DNA of 64,000 nucleotides from Podarcis cretensis. Its lineage: Eukaryota. The notes beneath the pieces are model-generated. The model had not been told where the DNA came from, searched no databases, and worked only from the letters and a program-made list of their open reading frames with translations. Numbering within the stretch: the stretch's first letter is position 1; every line of letters begins with the position of its first letter. This document shows, piece by piece, positions 1-14,119 of this stretch. Where the stretch lies: the NCBI GenBank assembly GCA_951804945.1, contig OX638152.1, forward strand, positions 58,466,001-58,530,000. Direction: 5' to 3'. Position numbers and translations under genes: made by a program.

Positions 1-2863
1 TATACTTTTAACAAGCCAGGAAAATAAAAAAGCTTAAAATAAATACCAGGAGCATTTTAACTTTATGGTGGATTGTGACCAAGAGAGGCAGCTAAAAATG
101 TAAGCAGCTATTTTAACATAAAAGTCTAATTCTGCTTATTAAATAAGATGATCTGGCAACTTCATGAAGCAGGCTTTATGCTTTAGTACTGGCACCACTT
201 AATTTACAGCCTGTCTCATCCTGCATATCTGTTCTCTTCCATCTGTTAATGTTCTGCAGCTTTCCTTATGATAAATACTTGCCTATTAACACCCGTTCCC
301 TCCTCCTAGCTTCCTTCAATTCTTTTCTGAGTGCCCTTTGCCCTACCTGCAATTTCCCCTCTTCCACAACCAAGCTGCTTCTCTGAAGAAAGCTGTCTAG
401 GTGTGAAGAGAAGGCCATGGGAAGGGACAAAGCTGGCATGAGTAAGAATAACTGGGCTGTAGCCAGAATCAAACTGCTTCAATAGCGTGGTTGCACAAAT
501 GGCAATTACATCACTAACAACAGTTGTACGAGTTGTTGTGCTACCGTGCACTCATAAACTTCATACAAGTTGCTATATGTGATCTATTTTTACATCTTAC
601 TTACTTTTGACATAAAGCTTGCTTCACATGGTAAAAATAGATAAAAAGTAGATGGGTGGCTCCAACAGAGTCTGCCTGTGCTGCAGTATGTATTGTTTGC
701 ACACACAAAGTGAGACTGGCATTATAAAATCAATTATTTAACAAGCTGGAGTTAACATGAAAACAATAGGATGGAGCAATTAGAGCTACATGTTGCCTGT
801 AAGAACTGAAGCAGGAACCATTAGTATCCACTTGCTCATTAAAGATCAGTTGTGTCGTAAATGCTGCTTAATAAGCAAAACAAAGTAGCCAAGAGTTGTA
901 TTCATAGCATTTTGAACAAGCCACATATATAAACAATTTCAAGAGCCTCTAAAAGTGAAATCCCTTGAGACCAGCATTCTGTGGCCTGATTTTCATATGT
1001 AAGATTCAGGTTCAAATCTCTGCTTATTCACTGAACTCACAGTCTGGGTCAAATTGTGTCGTGTCCCAGGGTTCTTCCAGATAAGTGCTTATTATGGGAT
1101 TGCTGCTCCTCATGCATGCAAATGTTTTGCTGCAGCCACATGACATGGTTGGCATCAAAATGCCAGCCTCTATTTCTCTTCCCCATTTATACTCTCAGGG
1201 GGAAATCCAGTAAACAGTAACTAAAAATGCCATCTACCTCTTTGTGATATCTCAACTACCCATTTACAAATTAAGGCCCTATCTGGAAGCACCCATGCCC
1301 TAACTTTCACGTCTTTAAACCCTGAGATTAGAATGGTATTTCTGTATTGACCAGAAAAGTGTGAGATTAACAGGAAGCATATTCACCACTGTTGTATGAC
1401 TGCATGGTTGATTCCAGTGTCTGAGCTTTCTCTGCAAGTTAGGAAAATGCACTGGAGCAGAGGAGTACAAGATAAAAACTAGCATCATATATTGGGATGT
1501 TGGGTAAAAAACAAACAACTATTGAAAAATAGCTGATACAATTTTTGGAAGACTTTCTGTAAAGAGGTATCATCTGTACAACTAATTAAAATTTTAAGAA
1601 GCAAAAATATAGCAGATTTGATAAGCCAAACACTTCAAGCAGTGGTAGACCTTGTGGTTTCAAATTTCAGTACAGTAGTGCCCTGTGCAACACCAAAAAT
1701 TGGTACTCCCCCCACCTCTTACACACTATTCTAAGTAATAGTTGTGGCACCCTCAATGTTCCACAACCAGTACAACCGAACCAGTCACGCTCCCCTAAAT
1801 CTGCCTCTGCTTCAAGCATTTTGCCTTGGGTAATAACAGAAATTGATCCCACAAAAGCAGACCAGAAGAGGGGCTCTGGATACATTACAAATAAAACATT
1901 ACATGGTTTTATGATACAGAGATCAGAGATGCTGCCAAACATGTATTCTAAATGGAAAGATGGGGAAACTTCACACAACATTAAACAGGCATTAAACAGA
2001 AGATAATTGTCTCCAAGCACAGTATACATGGGCCAGAAATACATAGCCAATCATGGCTGCCTAGAACATGTTCTCTAAAGCTTGGAGATGCATAGATCCC
2101 TTTCAAAGTTTGTGCATTTAACACAGAAAACAACACTGTAGTTGCAGCAAAGATGGTTGCTGCTCAATTGGATTAAGGGTTTGGCTCCTTTATCCTAGCT
2201 GCATTATACTGATGAATTGTTGTGTTTGATTGAGGTTTAGCATTAGAACTTTTAGGTCTCACACTGAAACCTGGTAATTATTTTCCTGGTAATTATTTTC
2301 CGTATGCAGTATATGCCTCTTAAGTTCAGAACATACTGTGTCTCTGTTTAACCTATAAACCTCACTTAAACAGTGTGTGTTTACAGTTATTTATAAACAC
2401 TGTATCATGTGAGCTGTCATAAAGCACAAACGCGTTCCTGAGCTGGGCCTCTTGCTGAATCAGGTCACTGACTTAATATTGAGTGTCGTCATCTCAAAGA
2501 GTAGAATCTGAACTCCTTTGACTAGTGTTGATCAGAATTCTTTCTCCAAATTCACATGCAACACCTGAAGAGAACAGCTAAACGTTGTTAGCCAAGGGCT
2601 ATCATTGCATGATGAAAGATCTGACTATATCCAAGACTAGTGATACCCCTGGCTTACCTGATCAAGATATGTAGTTCTAAATTGTCAGGTTTGTGCACTT
2701 TGCTTCAGAGATTAACAAATCCAAATAAAGCTGTACATGGTGCAGGTCTCCTTGCTTTAATGATGATCTTTTCAAACCATAGTCTGAAAATCAAGCTGGA
2801 GGGCCCTGTTGTTAGCAATCACCTTGGGCAGCAGAGTTCAGGTATCACGAAAGGACAGCAACT

Positions 2864-3166
2864 TGTGGTGTAGTGCTTAAGAGTGGTAGGCTCGTAATCT
2901 GGTGAACTGGGTTCGCTTCCCCGCTCCTCCACATGCAGCTGCTGGGTGACCTTGGGCTAGTCACACTTCTCTGAAGTCTCCCAGCCTCACTCACCTCACA
3001 GAGTGTTTGCTGTGGCGGAGGAAGGGAAAGGAGAATGTTAGCCGCTTTGAGACTCCTTCGAGTAGTGATAAAGCAGGATATCAAATCCAAACTCCTCCTC
3101 CTCCTCCTCCTCCTCCTCCTCCTCTTCTTCTTCTTCTTCTTCTTCTTCTTCTTCTTCTTCTTCTTC
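2864..3166 (+). mobile_element. tRNA-derived SINE (Squam3-like) with (CTC)n(TTC)n tail
   Basis: A-box-like TGGTGTAGTG.TTAAGAG and B-box-like GGGTTCG. Body is near-identical to the copies at 17283 and 39882 and ends in ATCAAATCCAAA plus a microsatellite tail. Confidence 0.85.
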
Positions 3167-3225
3167 ATGATCTAATTCATTACTGTTGTGTTTTTATTGC
3201 CAGAAACAGGTGCCTGTGGGGTTTA

Positions 3226-3411
3226 GGGAAGAAATGTAGCTCTGTGGCAGAGCATCTGTTTTGCATGCAGAAGATTTAGGCTCAGTCCCTGGCATCTCCA
3301 GGTAGGACTGAGCATGTCCTCTGTCTGAAACCTTGGTGAGCCACTGCCAGTCCGTGCAGATGGTACTGAGCAAAATGGTCTAACTCATTGTAAGGCAGCA
3401 TCCTGTGTTCC
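3226..3411 (+). mobile_element. Older tRNA(Ala)-like SINE with LINE-derived tail
   Basis: GTAGCTCTGTGGCAGAGCATCTGTTTTGCATGCAGAAG head and TAAGGCAGCATCCTGTGTTCC end. Partial relatives at ~31610-31700 (+) and ~63020-63080 (-). Confidence 0.7.
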
Positions 3412-6400
3412 GTCTCAGAAATAAAATAACTTGACCAGCCTTATACGTGTTGCATCATGGTCTGCGGACACTGCGGGTGGAATGCATTATTTGCTGCACC
3501 ACCTCAGGGAACAAAGTGTCTGGTGCTCACCCTTTTTAAAGAAAGGGGGAGAAGTGACAAGAAGGAACCACATAATGAACCAATCTGGGACATTTGAGTG
3601 CTTAACCTCCACCAGTGAATATGGGTAAGTAGGGAAAAACATTTAATCACACATCGGGGGTGGGGGAGACTCCATCCTAGTAAGTCCATGGGTTTTCATA
3701 GCACAAATTGGTTAATATTGTTTGCATTTAGCAGTCAGGAGAGTATGCCAACTTGGAATGAGCTGTCTCAGGGTGTCTGAATACAAGAATCCCATTAGGT
3801 TTTTTTTTAAAAAATTCTGATGTTCCTGTTATTTTAAAAAACAACAAATCAAAGTGGCATCTTTTTACAAGAAACTCAATACGTTGAAGAAATGCAGCAT
3901 CTCTGCTTCCAGACTCTCATCTGTATCTTGTGTGAAATGATCAATAGGGAACTTTAGCTTCAGGAAATTATTTCAAAAGGGGGAGGGGGAGAGACTGAAT
4001 GCTTATATTTAACAGCTTGCTTATTACCACAAAACCCCAAATGATTTTATTTATTTGTAGAAGATCTAGAATATGCTAGAGTCCCTATGACTAAGGGATT
4101 TTTCCTCCAGTGTAATTAAGACTTCCTTGCTCACTCGTAACCATAACCACAAGGTTAAACTGTCCCCTCTGTTCTTGAGAATTTCATCTTTGAAAAATGC
4201 ACTGAACTTCAGCCGCTGCCAAAATGCAGGGATGTGTCCTCCACAGGCATTTTCAGTCCAATGCAGAGCCACAGCCCAGGTATGTGACTAAGCCTTAGTC
4301 ATATAAACAGAAAGTGCTCATGTTATATTAGTAATTGTCATCCCTTCTCAAGCTGGCACTATATAGTTTCCTTTTTTAACGAGCTCCCACAGTGTTTCAT
4401 AGCTGGTACACAAACCCGCAGACTATGAGTGCTAAAGACTCAAAGTACAGAAGCTCTTGGGGCAGAAGCATGTGGTTCTGAAACCCACAAGACCCCAGGA
4501 AGGCATTATTGGAGAGGGGATACAAATTTCAGGGGGCAGGGAAATGCTAATTGTCCTTACAGAAATGTATCCTCAAGAAATATATCCTCTCAGCCATCTG
4601 AGAGTTTTATCTTAATTTCCACCAAGCAGTAATGGGTAATAGCATTGTGCGAAATTTGGAAACAGGTGAAAAAAGTGTAGGGGGGATTGTTTTGTGATTT
4701 CTATTTAATAATGGAAAAGCCTACTGCTTTTAAAAAAAATGTCATTTCTCACTGTCACTCAGCTGTATCTTATGAAGAAGTTTGCTGCCTACAAAAATAA
4801 GCTCACACTAGAGTAAACCCACTTCTGCTACAGGCTTACTATTTTCATTCTTCCAGAATTTGCTTCCAACAGATTCCATATATGTTTGTGTGTGTGTGTG
4901 TGTGTGTGGCCAACAATTATATCTGATGGGCCATTTGGAAGAGGGAGTGGGAAGCTGGCTAAAACCTAATTCCATCACACACCTGCACATTTTTCACAGT
5001 ACCCTAATGGAAAAATCCCACCACCCCCCCTCACCATCCCTGCATATTCCCCTCCTTATTCCATATAGTTTGGGATGCAGTAAGATAATGCGAAAGGCTG
5101 TTGCCCAGCAACAGTCCCACATTTCTGGAGTTCTACTTCTGTCCTTGCTTGCCAAAAATGGTAAAAGACGTGCAACATTTTAAGTGTGTTGGAAATGGTT
5201 TGAACACACATTCACCTACCTACTCATTTTGGCACTTTCTTCCCTCCTCCACCCTCCTCCCTCCTCCCTCACCCAGCCCATGGATATCTCTTAAGCACTT
5301 ACATTTTCCCAGCTGCTTCTTGAAACTAGAACTGAGATGTGGTGAACATCACTCCTCTTCTTGCCTATTTAAAGAATAATTTATATTAACCTGACTGGTA
5401 CGAGATCCAGCCGCACAGAACTAGTTCCCATGCTCCTCAGGTAATGTTAGAGGGTTACTTGAATTCAACATTGATAGGGCATATGACACCTGTCAAAGGG
5501 TCAAATATACCCAGGAAGTTATCAGCTGTGACTCATTGTGCTTACATGTAATGTAGATAGATGCTTGCTGTAAAAGAAAACTAGTTGAGTATTTTGTATA
5601 TGTGGAAACTGTTACATCTCAACCCTACCCTGAAGTGAGAAGCCCTGAATTTGAACAAACTCTACTACAAGGAGTGTATATTTTGGGTGAAAAGTGAGTA
5701 TAAAAGAAATGCCTGTTTCAGTTTGAAAGAAACCTAAAATGATAGGGTTCTCTTAGCAGAACCCAACATTTTTAGTTTACATTTCCTAGAAATTTGTAAG
5801 GAGAAACTTAGTAAAAGTCCTTATGAACTTGGAACATTCCAGTTCCGGCATTGAGAGAAGCTATTAACTAAGAGCATCACAGAAAAAGCTACTTCCAGTC
5901 TGATTTTCATATTAGCTAAGGCACATTTAACAGTAAGAAAGGGTCTCTTAATGCATTTCCTTTGCAGAATAGGCCAAAAGACTCTGGAATTAGACAGGGA
6001 GAAGTTATGTTCACTGCAGTGAGCTGCTTCTGTTAAAAGTATATTTTTTTGCCTCAAACGAAAAGAAAACAAACAAGTGTGTGTTTGGGTTTATGAAGCT
6101 GAGCTCATCACCAGAAAATACACTCCCTCCACCACATGATGGAGCAGAAGGAACATGTCTAGACATGAAGCCTGTGTAATACCTGGGGCAAGAGGTGTCT
6201 TTGCCAGAATTAACCAAGGTACTGAAGGAAGATGGCCAAGAAAGAGGAAAGGAAAGGTTTGGAATCCTTGACACTGAATCAAAACTAAATATTTTTGTGG
6301 GGAACAGACTGCCTCAGCATTGCACACATGTGCTTATAGTTGCCAGAAGCAAAATATTTAAGACTCTTTACATCAGTTACCTTCAATATTCTTAAGATCT

Positions 6401-6757
6401 GTCTAGTTGTAATCTCTGTCTCTCTCTCTCTCCTCCTCTCTCTCTACATTCACCCATCTACACTTCTCCGAATAGACTGACAGACATAAATCAAAGCCCA
6501 AGCAAAATGTCGCAGTCATATAATCTCCCCCCACCCCTGGCTGAGATGTGGAGAAATGAACAGTTTCCCAAGCCTCAACATGGTTGGTGCCAGCACATGA
6601 CAGGATCAGGCAGGTGCTTAGGGACCAGAATCGCCTCTTCTAACAGTGAACTCAAATGGTGAGTGCTGAAACAAAACAAAAAGAAAGAAAGAACACTTTT
6701 TTAAAAAATGAAAGAGGCAAAAAAAGTGGAGAATGGGGTGAAAACAGCCCACCAATG

Positions 6758-6893
6758 CAGTGGCGTAGCGTGGGGGGTGCAGGGGGGGCCGGCCGCACCG
6801 GGCGCAACATCTGGGGGTTAGGGAAATCCACTGGTTAGGGGGCGCAAATTACTTGCCTTGCCCCGGGTGCTGATAACCCACGCTACACCAGTG
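6758..6893. mobile_element. hAT-type MITE
   Basis: Imperfect terminal inverted repeats (TIRs) CAGTGGCGTAGCGTGGG / CCCACGCTACACCAGTG. Perfect 8-bp TSD CACCAATG at 6750-6757 and 6894-6901. Confidence 0.9.
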
Positions 6894-7629
6894 CACCAAT
6901 GCTTATGTATCCACCATGACGGTTCATTTATTTCTTGAAATTTATACACCACTTGATTGTAAAAAGAAAACCCTCAAAGCAGTTTTAAAAAAGATAAAAG
7001 AATAAGACTGAGAAAAAAATCGCAACCATACTTTAAAAACATACAAAAGTTAAATCTGCTCATAGGATAATGGCCGTCTGGATTCACACAATGGTCATAG
7101 ATTTTTGTATCCCTGTTTTCTATTGCATACGAAATTTATTTCCCTGGCAAATAAGTTAGAGCTGGGGTATAGCTTTCCTGAATCCTAAGAGAGCACAGAC
7201 TGAAAGATGAGAGTGGTCATTTTGGAGGAAAGCTTGAACAGATTCCCTCCCTCCATCATTTTCTATTATGGCTGCTAAGTAGTCAGACAATACCTGGCCT
7301 AACTTACTCTAGAGCTTTTAAAAGCTGGTTGATATGCAGAACTCCATGGGTGAAGCTTATCACGCCTAGCAATAATTGCTGCAGGACAAGTGGCTGTTAA
7401 AGGCACAGATGGAGGGCCCAATTCAACATTTATCAACCTTTTTTCATGTAAATTTATTTGAGGCCTTAAAGTAATTTTTCTTTTCTTTTTTGCCTTTAAG
7501 TAATTTTAAGATAAATTTGTCAGCTTGCATTTTCATCCTAATCAAAAAAGAAAATCTAATTCAGTAATTATTAGTAGCAGATTCTGACAAATAAATTAAA
7601 GCTGCACTGATCCCTATGTTTCGTTAATA

Positions 7630-7871
7630 CAGTGGTACCTCGGGTTAAGAACTTAATTCGTTCTGGAGGTCCGTTCTTAATCTGAAACTGTTCTTAACCT
7701 GAGGTACCACTTTAGGTAATGGGGCCTCCTGCTGCCACTGCACCGCCACTGTATGATTTCTGTTCTCACCCTGAAGCAAACTTCTTAACCCGAGGTATTA
7801 TTTCTGGGTTAGCGGAGTGTGTAACCTGAAGCATCTTTAACCTGAAGCGTCTGTAACCCAAGGTACCACTG
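7630..7871 (+). mobile_element. Tc1/mariner (Tigger/pogo-like) MITE, copy 1
   Basis: TIR CAGTGGTACCT...AGGTACCACTG with TA TSD and repeated internal TAACCTGA motifs. Confidence 0.92.
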
Positions 7872-8002
7872 TAGTCAATTTATGAACAAGACCTGCATTG
7901 AAAAAAAAAATTCTGGTTCATTTTAGCATGTATTTGCTATGGGCTCTTGGGTAAAGGGGGGGAATCAATATATTGTTGTGTGCTACCTCAGTCTCCCAGC
8001 AG

Positions 8003-8623
8003 TGTAAGGTTCTAGGGATTTCAGGCCCTTACTCAGGGTTCAGTTTTCTTGGAATGAGGGACAGCAGAGACTGTGGCGTCTTTAGGATACTGTATATGGT
8101 TTATTTACATGTACAACCTGAGCCTGCAGTGGAGGTGCTCACAGCATTAACACCCCAATAAGTTCTTGCTTCTCTCATGTCCACAGCCTTGGATTCCAGT
8201 AGAAATCAAGGATGGCTCTGTCTCTCAACTGCCCAGCCAGCTGCCTGCTTCTATCTCATACACACAACTCTGACCTTTGTGTTTTGTCCTTCACACTAAC
8301 AGTCCAGTGAGGAGAGGGACCTACCCATTTGTTTTTTGCCACATTACCACTTCCTTTGTTACCTTAATGACCATTAAGGGCCATTACCAAGAAACTTGCC
8401 TGGCTATACAAGCAACTGAATCCTTCTGGAATCCTGGAATTAGAAGAGACTCAGGCATACAGCCTACCCTCATAAACTCTAGTGTTTAGCAAGCCCTATG
8501 AGCTAGCAGGCCAATAAGGAAAACAAATCCAGCTTCCTATTTAAAAGGAGAAGAGACTAGCAGTATGTCTGTTGCTAAACCTTGTTTCCATAGTGATTGC
8601 TAATAGATCCAAATTGTGTAACA
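8003..8623 (-). mobile_element. Putative solo LTR
   Basis: Possible TG...CA ends, and AATAAA on the minus strand (TTTATT at ~8100) about 100 bp from the end. No clean TSD found and the boundaries are uncertain. Confidence 0.35.
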
Positions 8624-10201
8624 TGTTGCATTGTGTGAACTGTGTTGATGTTCAGTGTTCATGGTCACAAGCATTCTGATTTTGCTAAAAATGGGCATCT
8701 GAATCTGGTCCCAAGTTTTCCTTTCTGAAGCTGATACAGGATGAACCGGTTAAAGGTTAAAGAGGAGTAGAATCTGCAGTGCATCACAGAAATATGCTAC
8801 TACATCGCCTAAAAGGGATAATGTGAGCAACCCTGAGAAAGTGTTAAGACTGTGCCATTGTTTTTTCTTCTTCTTTCTTGCTCGTGTTTAGCTCTCTGAT
8901 AAAGTCTGATTCAGACAGTATAACCTGTCAGTTTAGGAAGAAACACTTGTTTCACAACAGTACACAGGTCAATGCATTTGTGAAGCATTGCCAGATCTTA
9001 TGCATGCAACAGAAACACCCAATTATTTTTCTGTTTTTCTGCAGTGTATGAGATCAGTAGTAGTCTGGTTGTGAGCTAACAAACTGAGACTTTACATGCC
9101 AAACTGCAGTCTTGTAACATCTACTCAGAAGTGGGGCGAGCTGAGCTCAATGGGGCTTACCCCAGGATGGTGGGTATATTAGATAGTATCCTTAGGCTGT
9201 TCCTATGGTAGCTGTTTAGCCCAGAATTACCATTCTTTGTTTGTTCACTTCTTATGGAACAGCCATACGACAGGTGCTTGCAGAAGTGTGTTTATTGTGG
9301 GATTGGTGTTCTCCATGCATGCAAGTCCCCCTCCCCAACCTACATATTTGGCATAAAAATGTGAACCCACATTCCCCACCTCAGTTTAATCTGGATTTAC
9401 CCTTTCTAGGGAAAACTGAATAAGTTAAAAAACAACAACACAACACAACCCACTGTCCGTGACCCATTTGCCATATCTCAAAGATCCATTTCCATATTAA
9501 ACCCCCATCTAGAGATTTATAGGCACCCCACATCAGCAAACTGGTTTGTTTGGTTCCCCCAACTTTTCCTGTGTTCTTTATTCCCTTTGGGGAGCTAATT
9601 TGATCTGACTCTTCTTTTGCTTTACACACTAGAAGAGCAGTACAATCCCATCAAGGTGTACCTGGAAGCTGACAGCAGCCAATGAAGCTTATTCTGAATC
9701 TTGTGTCTAATAAAAAGGTTCAATCTCCCATACGTGTGTTCTTCAGTTTGCATTTATGAGTGCAGCTAAAGGATGATGATATTTCAACACCTATGATTCA
9801 CAATGATGGCTGATAAAAATTAAAGGAGGAGTCCTTTTCATGAGACTGTTAGCTGCCTTAAATACAAATGAACTGCAGTTCAGCACAGGTCTTGGTGCAA
9901 TACTTTGATTTCAGGTGACAGTGAGATGCCATATTGTTTCTAGAGTAGTCTAATCATGCTCTAGGTGAGCTAACAGTTTACTATGAACTTTGTTTTACCA
10001 TCCTTTCTCCTTAAAGGAAACCATCTAATTCAGCTTTCCAAGGTACATAGAAGAACTGACTGAAAGTAACTGCTGTGGCTAATTATTAACCTCAGAGCCA
10101 CCACAACTATAGGACTAAGAGTGCTGCTGTGCCCCTTTGCCTTTTCTTTTTAAAGAAATCCTTCTTATTAGTTGGGTTCCAGGCAGTGACTGTGGTTTGG
10201 G

Positions 10202-10366
10202 TAGTGCTGCCATACATCCTGATTTTCCAGGACATGTCCTGGAACTTGCCTCCCTGGATTATTTTTTGGAAATTGGACAAATGTCCTGGAAAACCCTCAA
10301 CAACTGTGGGGTCTCAAGAACTTTCAGGGTGTCCTGGTTTTTATTTTTTGAAATATGGCAACCCTA
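10202..10366. mobile_element. Degenerate hAT-type MITE
   Basis: Ends TAGTGCTGCCATA / TATGGCAACCCTA. Flanks GGTTTGGG / GGTTTGGA match at 7 of 8 positions as a TSD. Confidence 0.75.
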
Positions 10367-11514
10367 GGTTTGGATACTGCTCAGAAGCTGTTTTGTAGTA
10401 TTGTGAACAGAAAATAAAAGCACTAAACTTTAAATTGCAAAAGGATGCAGATCCTCATTGAGGGAAACCTGAAAAATAATGTCCAAACTGTGCTTTGCAA
10501 TTGCATCTTTCTATCCTGCTTCTACTGGTGAGACTTTACAGCTGAACCAGTTCAGATGTTCTAAATCTATCTTGACGGTGATGGTTGCCAAGGACAATAC
10601 AGTTTTTATTTGCATTTTCCTGCCTTTTTATATTTAAATTGCTTGTACTGTATGTCTTACCTTTGTACTTACAGAGTCTCTAGTAGCATATTGATGATAA
10701 AAATTAGAATAATTTGACAGAGTGTTTGTGAACAATGAAGGTGATGAGGTGAAGTTAGAATGGTTCGTAGGGTCTAGGAGAATAAAGAGTTCCAGACCAT
10801 AATAGCGCCAGAGCAATTTCACATCAGTGATTCAGTAAAAACTTGTTTACATTTATGCTTCCTTCCAGAAGGATTAAAAGACAAAATCTTCAGAGAAGGG
10901 TATTTCATGATTTATGTGTATTTAAATCTCTAGCATGAAACACATAGAATATCTCTGTGTATTGGAGAAGTGGGAGTCCATTGCTACAGCAGTGAAAGAG
11001 TTAAAAAATTCTGCACACTTACACACACAAAAGCTACTTGAAATTCCCATATGATGTAAATGATTATTTCCCATATGGTTAGATATTTATCCCAAATACC
11101 TGATGTTCAGTAAATGGCATGGCAATTAACAAAGGAAAACGTGTCGCAAATAGCAAAATATGTCCATGCATTGCTGCTGTCGCAAATTACTATGGAACAC
11201 TTTGTATAATTTTCTTTTTTGCACTGCTGTCCCCTAATAAATATAATATTTCTGTAGAAAAATAACAGATGCTGGTCTCTCTCCTTAAAACGATCTCTCA
11301 TTTTTATAAATAATATACAGTAAGAAACTTACAACTCACCTATGTGCCTTCATTTTAAAAAAAAATGTATTTGAACCTTCATTCTGTTTCTAGAGACAAT
11401 CCGGTTCCATAAGGGATAAGAAACCTGAAACATTTTTTTCATCTATTTTGTACACTGCAACTGCTTTGGTAATTCAGTGACACAATAGTAATAAGCAAAA
11501 GGAATATATGCACT

Positions 11515-11755
11515 GAGAAGCAGTGTGGTGCAGTGGCTGGAGTGTCAGACTAGGCTTACATACACACATTTGCCTGGGAGTTAGTCCTACTGAACTCTGT
11601 TGGGCTTCTGATTAGACATATATAAGATTGCAGTCATGTTCAAATTCCACCCTTGCTTGGACTAATCACTATCCCTCAGCCTAATCTACCTCAAAAGGGT
11701 GTTGTAAAAATAAAACGGTGAACTGTGTGCATTAGCTTGAGCTTCCAGGAGGAAT
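11515..11755 (+). mobile_element. Old MIR/Squam3-related SINE interrupted by a small palindromic element
   Basis: CAGTGTGGTGCAGTGGCTGGAGTGTCAGACTAGG head and CTCAGCCTAATCTACCTCAAAAGGGTGTTGT core. An insert sits at ~11555-11635. Confidence 0.55.
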
Positions 11756-11972
11756 AACAACAACAACAATAATAATTTTATTATTTATACCTACCCCACC
11801 TGACTGGGTTTCTCCAGTCACACTGGGCAGCTTCCAGCACATATAAAAACATAATAAAACACCAAATATTTAAAAATTCCCGATACGTCTGCCTTCAGAT
11901 GTCTTCTAAAAGTTGTGTAGTTCTTTATCTCCTTGACATCCACAGGAAGGATGCCACTGCTGCGAAGGCCGC
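11756..11972 (-). mobile_element. L2-clade LINE 3' end
   Basis: (CAA)n/(TAA)n tail followed by TTATTTATACC..CCC.CCTGACTGGGTTTC. The same tail occurs at ~19761-19840 and ~22860-22890. Confidence 0.7.
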
Positions 11973-12039
11973 CTATAGGGTTAGTTGTAAATGAAATAAC
12001 TAAATGGTCACCAATGCCACTATTTTTAGCTCAGAAAAT

Positions 12040-12041
<2 letters not shown>

Positions 12042-12081
<40 letters not shown>

Positions 12082-12090
12082 CCCCCCCCC
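12042..12090. repeat. (TC)n microsatellite with poly-C
   Basis: Seen directly in the sequence. Confidence 0.95.
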
Positions 12091-12883
12091 TCCTCGGAGC
12101 TGACCAATGAGGCATTTATCCAATATACACACTTACTTTCCACCTCAAGAGGGCTTTAGGTAATTGTTGTTTGTCATTTAGCTCTGCGCCTGGTACTAAT
12201 TTTCAGCTTGTCATCCTTTGACTCACAGGAGCTCTTTCCTCTCTGAAAAGGATGTATCTCCCAGCTGACCATGGAAAAAATGTAACATGCAATTCATTCT
12301 TTTTCCTGATAGCTACCAAAGATGAGAAGCAAGTTAGAACAACTTGATGAGGAAGTCCTGTCATTTCCAAAAGGAAGTGTGATTCACTATGCAGGACATT
12401 TTTGGGAGCCTGAATCAGAGCTGTCGAGGAAGTGAGTTCTTGGACAGCTTAGCCTGAAACATCACATGGCTTAGGGTTAACTGTGACTTCTCCAGCAAGC
12501 ATTCATGACTTCCTTCTGTAACCAGCAGAAGATCAGATTACAAGGCAGGGTGAAGAATTGGAGGATGGGACAGAAATGCTTCAGACTAAGCAGTCCTAAC
12601 ATTAACTGTTGAAAAACAGTTTATCACTCATTTTTGCTATACAAATAGACCAGGGAAAAACATGTTCCATAAGTCTGAAACATAAAGTCAGGAGGTGAAT
12701 TAGAAAGGCTATTACTTTAAAATGATGTGATCCTGAAATAAATGCTAAGTAAATTGCTAAATAGCTCTACAGCAACAGACTCCAAAAGGCAATATACTAG
12801 ACCAGGGGTGGTCAACCTTTTTATACCTATCGCCCACTAATGCATCTTTTTTGATGGTTGATCATGCTTTCTTTTTGTATATA

Positions 12884-13098
12884 CAGTGGTACCTCGGGTT
12901 AAGTACTTAATTCGTTCCAGAGGTCCATTCTTAACCTGAAACTGTTCTTAACCTGAAGCATCACTTTAGCTAATGGGGCCTCCTGCTGCTGCCGCACGAT
13001 TCCTGTTCTCATCCTGAAGCAAAGTTCTTAACCTGAGGTACTATTTCTGGGTTAGCGGAGTCTGTAACCTGAAGCATCTGTAACCCGAGGTACCACTG
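12884..13098 (+). mobile_element. Tigger/pogo-like MITE, copy 2
   Basis: TIR CAGTGGTACCTCGGGTTA / TAACCCGAGGTACCACTG with TA TSD. Confidence 0.92.
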
Positions 13099-14119
13099 TA
13101 TTTTTTTCAAGGATAAACTATCAAGTCTTCTATACAGAGAGGGCACAAATAAGCAGGATATTGTCCTTTCAAATAGGCTAGCATGGAAGAACTTACTGGT
13201 GTGCTATGTCCAGAAAAAACTGTGAATGCCCAAGTATGAACTATATTCTCTGAGTTAAGGGTGTCTGCTAAGCTTTTTTTCAGATGCTGATTGGTATATA
13301 GCCACTGAGCTACAAACCTTGCATTTGATGAACGTGAACTTTCATGTTACATCGATTTACCTGACATTCAATAGTAAATATCCCAAGCTGTAATATGTCA
13401 ACAACTAGAGGTCTGATACCCACAAAAATAACTAAGGTCTTAAATGCTGGTAATAAGATTAATTTCTTTCAGGTTTTTTTTCTGGGTTTGATGCAGCATT
13501 TAACTTCAAGGTAGTCTGGGGGACAGGGGGATGATCATGACAAAATCTTTCTCAGACAATCTTTTTCTAAGTCCACCCATGATGCTGTCTAGCCAAAAGA
13601 TTGCATCTTAAAACCAACTTACTTAAATTCCTCTTAATATTTATACACCACCTTTTCCCATAAGAAACTGCATATAAGCTATGCTGCCCACCTGCCCCAG
13701 ATACCCCTGGTACTGAATTTAGACTAGTGTGACTACTAAGGGGAAAGCAAAGTCGTTTTCATTTATTTATGGTTTGAATAGCTCCAGCTCTCAGAGTTTA
13801 GCTGATGTGCTATCTAGCCCTGTAGAAGCTCAATTAACACTACATTATTAGTTTGCATATTTTACAGAGGATGGGCTAAATAAGGGTAGTTTAAGTTGCT
13901 GCCAAGGAAACTAAGGAGCATTTCAGACAAGATCTTCTCTCTCATTCATTGCTGCAGCCCAAGGGAGTTGCAGATAAAAAGGGGAAAGAGGCAAGTTGAG
14001 CTCAGGTTCAGATGCTTCAGACATGGCTGCTTATTTATTAGTAGGGACAAGGAGATATTCAATTCAATTTGTATTTAAATCTAAGAAATTGTCCCCTTCT
14101 GAAACAATATATGAACAGA

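Noticed and set aside
2271-2301. Short tandem duplications (also ~35150-35187, ~39442-39476, ~59715-59741)
   Set aside because: Two-copy 13-21 bp duplications are ordinary slippage or repair products.
2845-3279. ORFs with poly-K/R or poly-P/L runs (also 29704 poly-M/I and 40062 poly-F)
   Set aside because: These are translations of trinucleotide microsatellite tails of SINEs and LINEs.
7630-7871. CRISPR-like or iteron-like repeats (TAACCTGA units)
   Set aside because: They are irregular internal repeats of a TA-flanked MITE in a vertebrate genome, with no spacers or cas genes.
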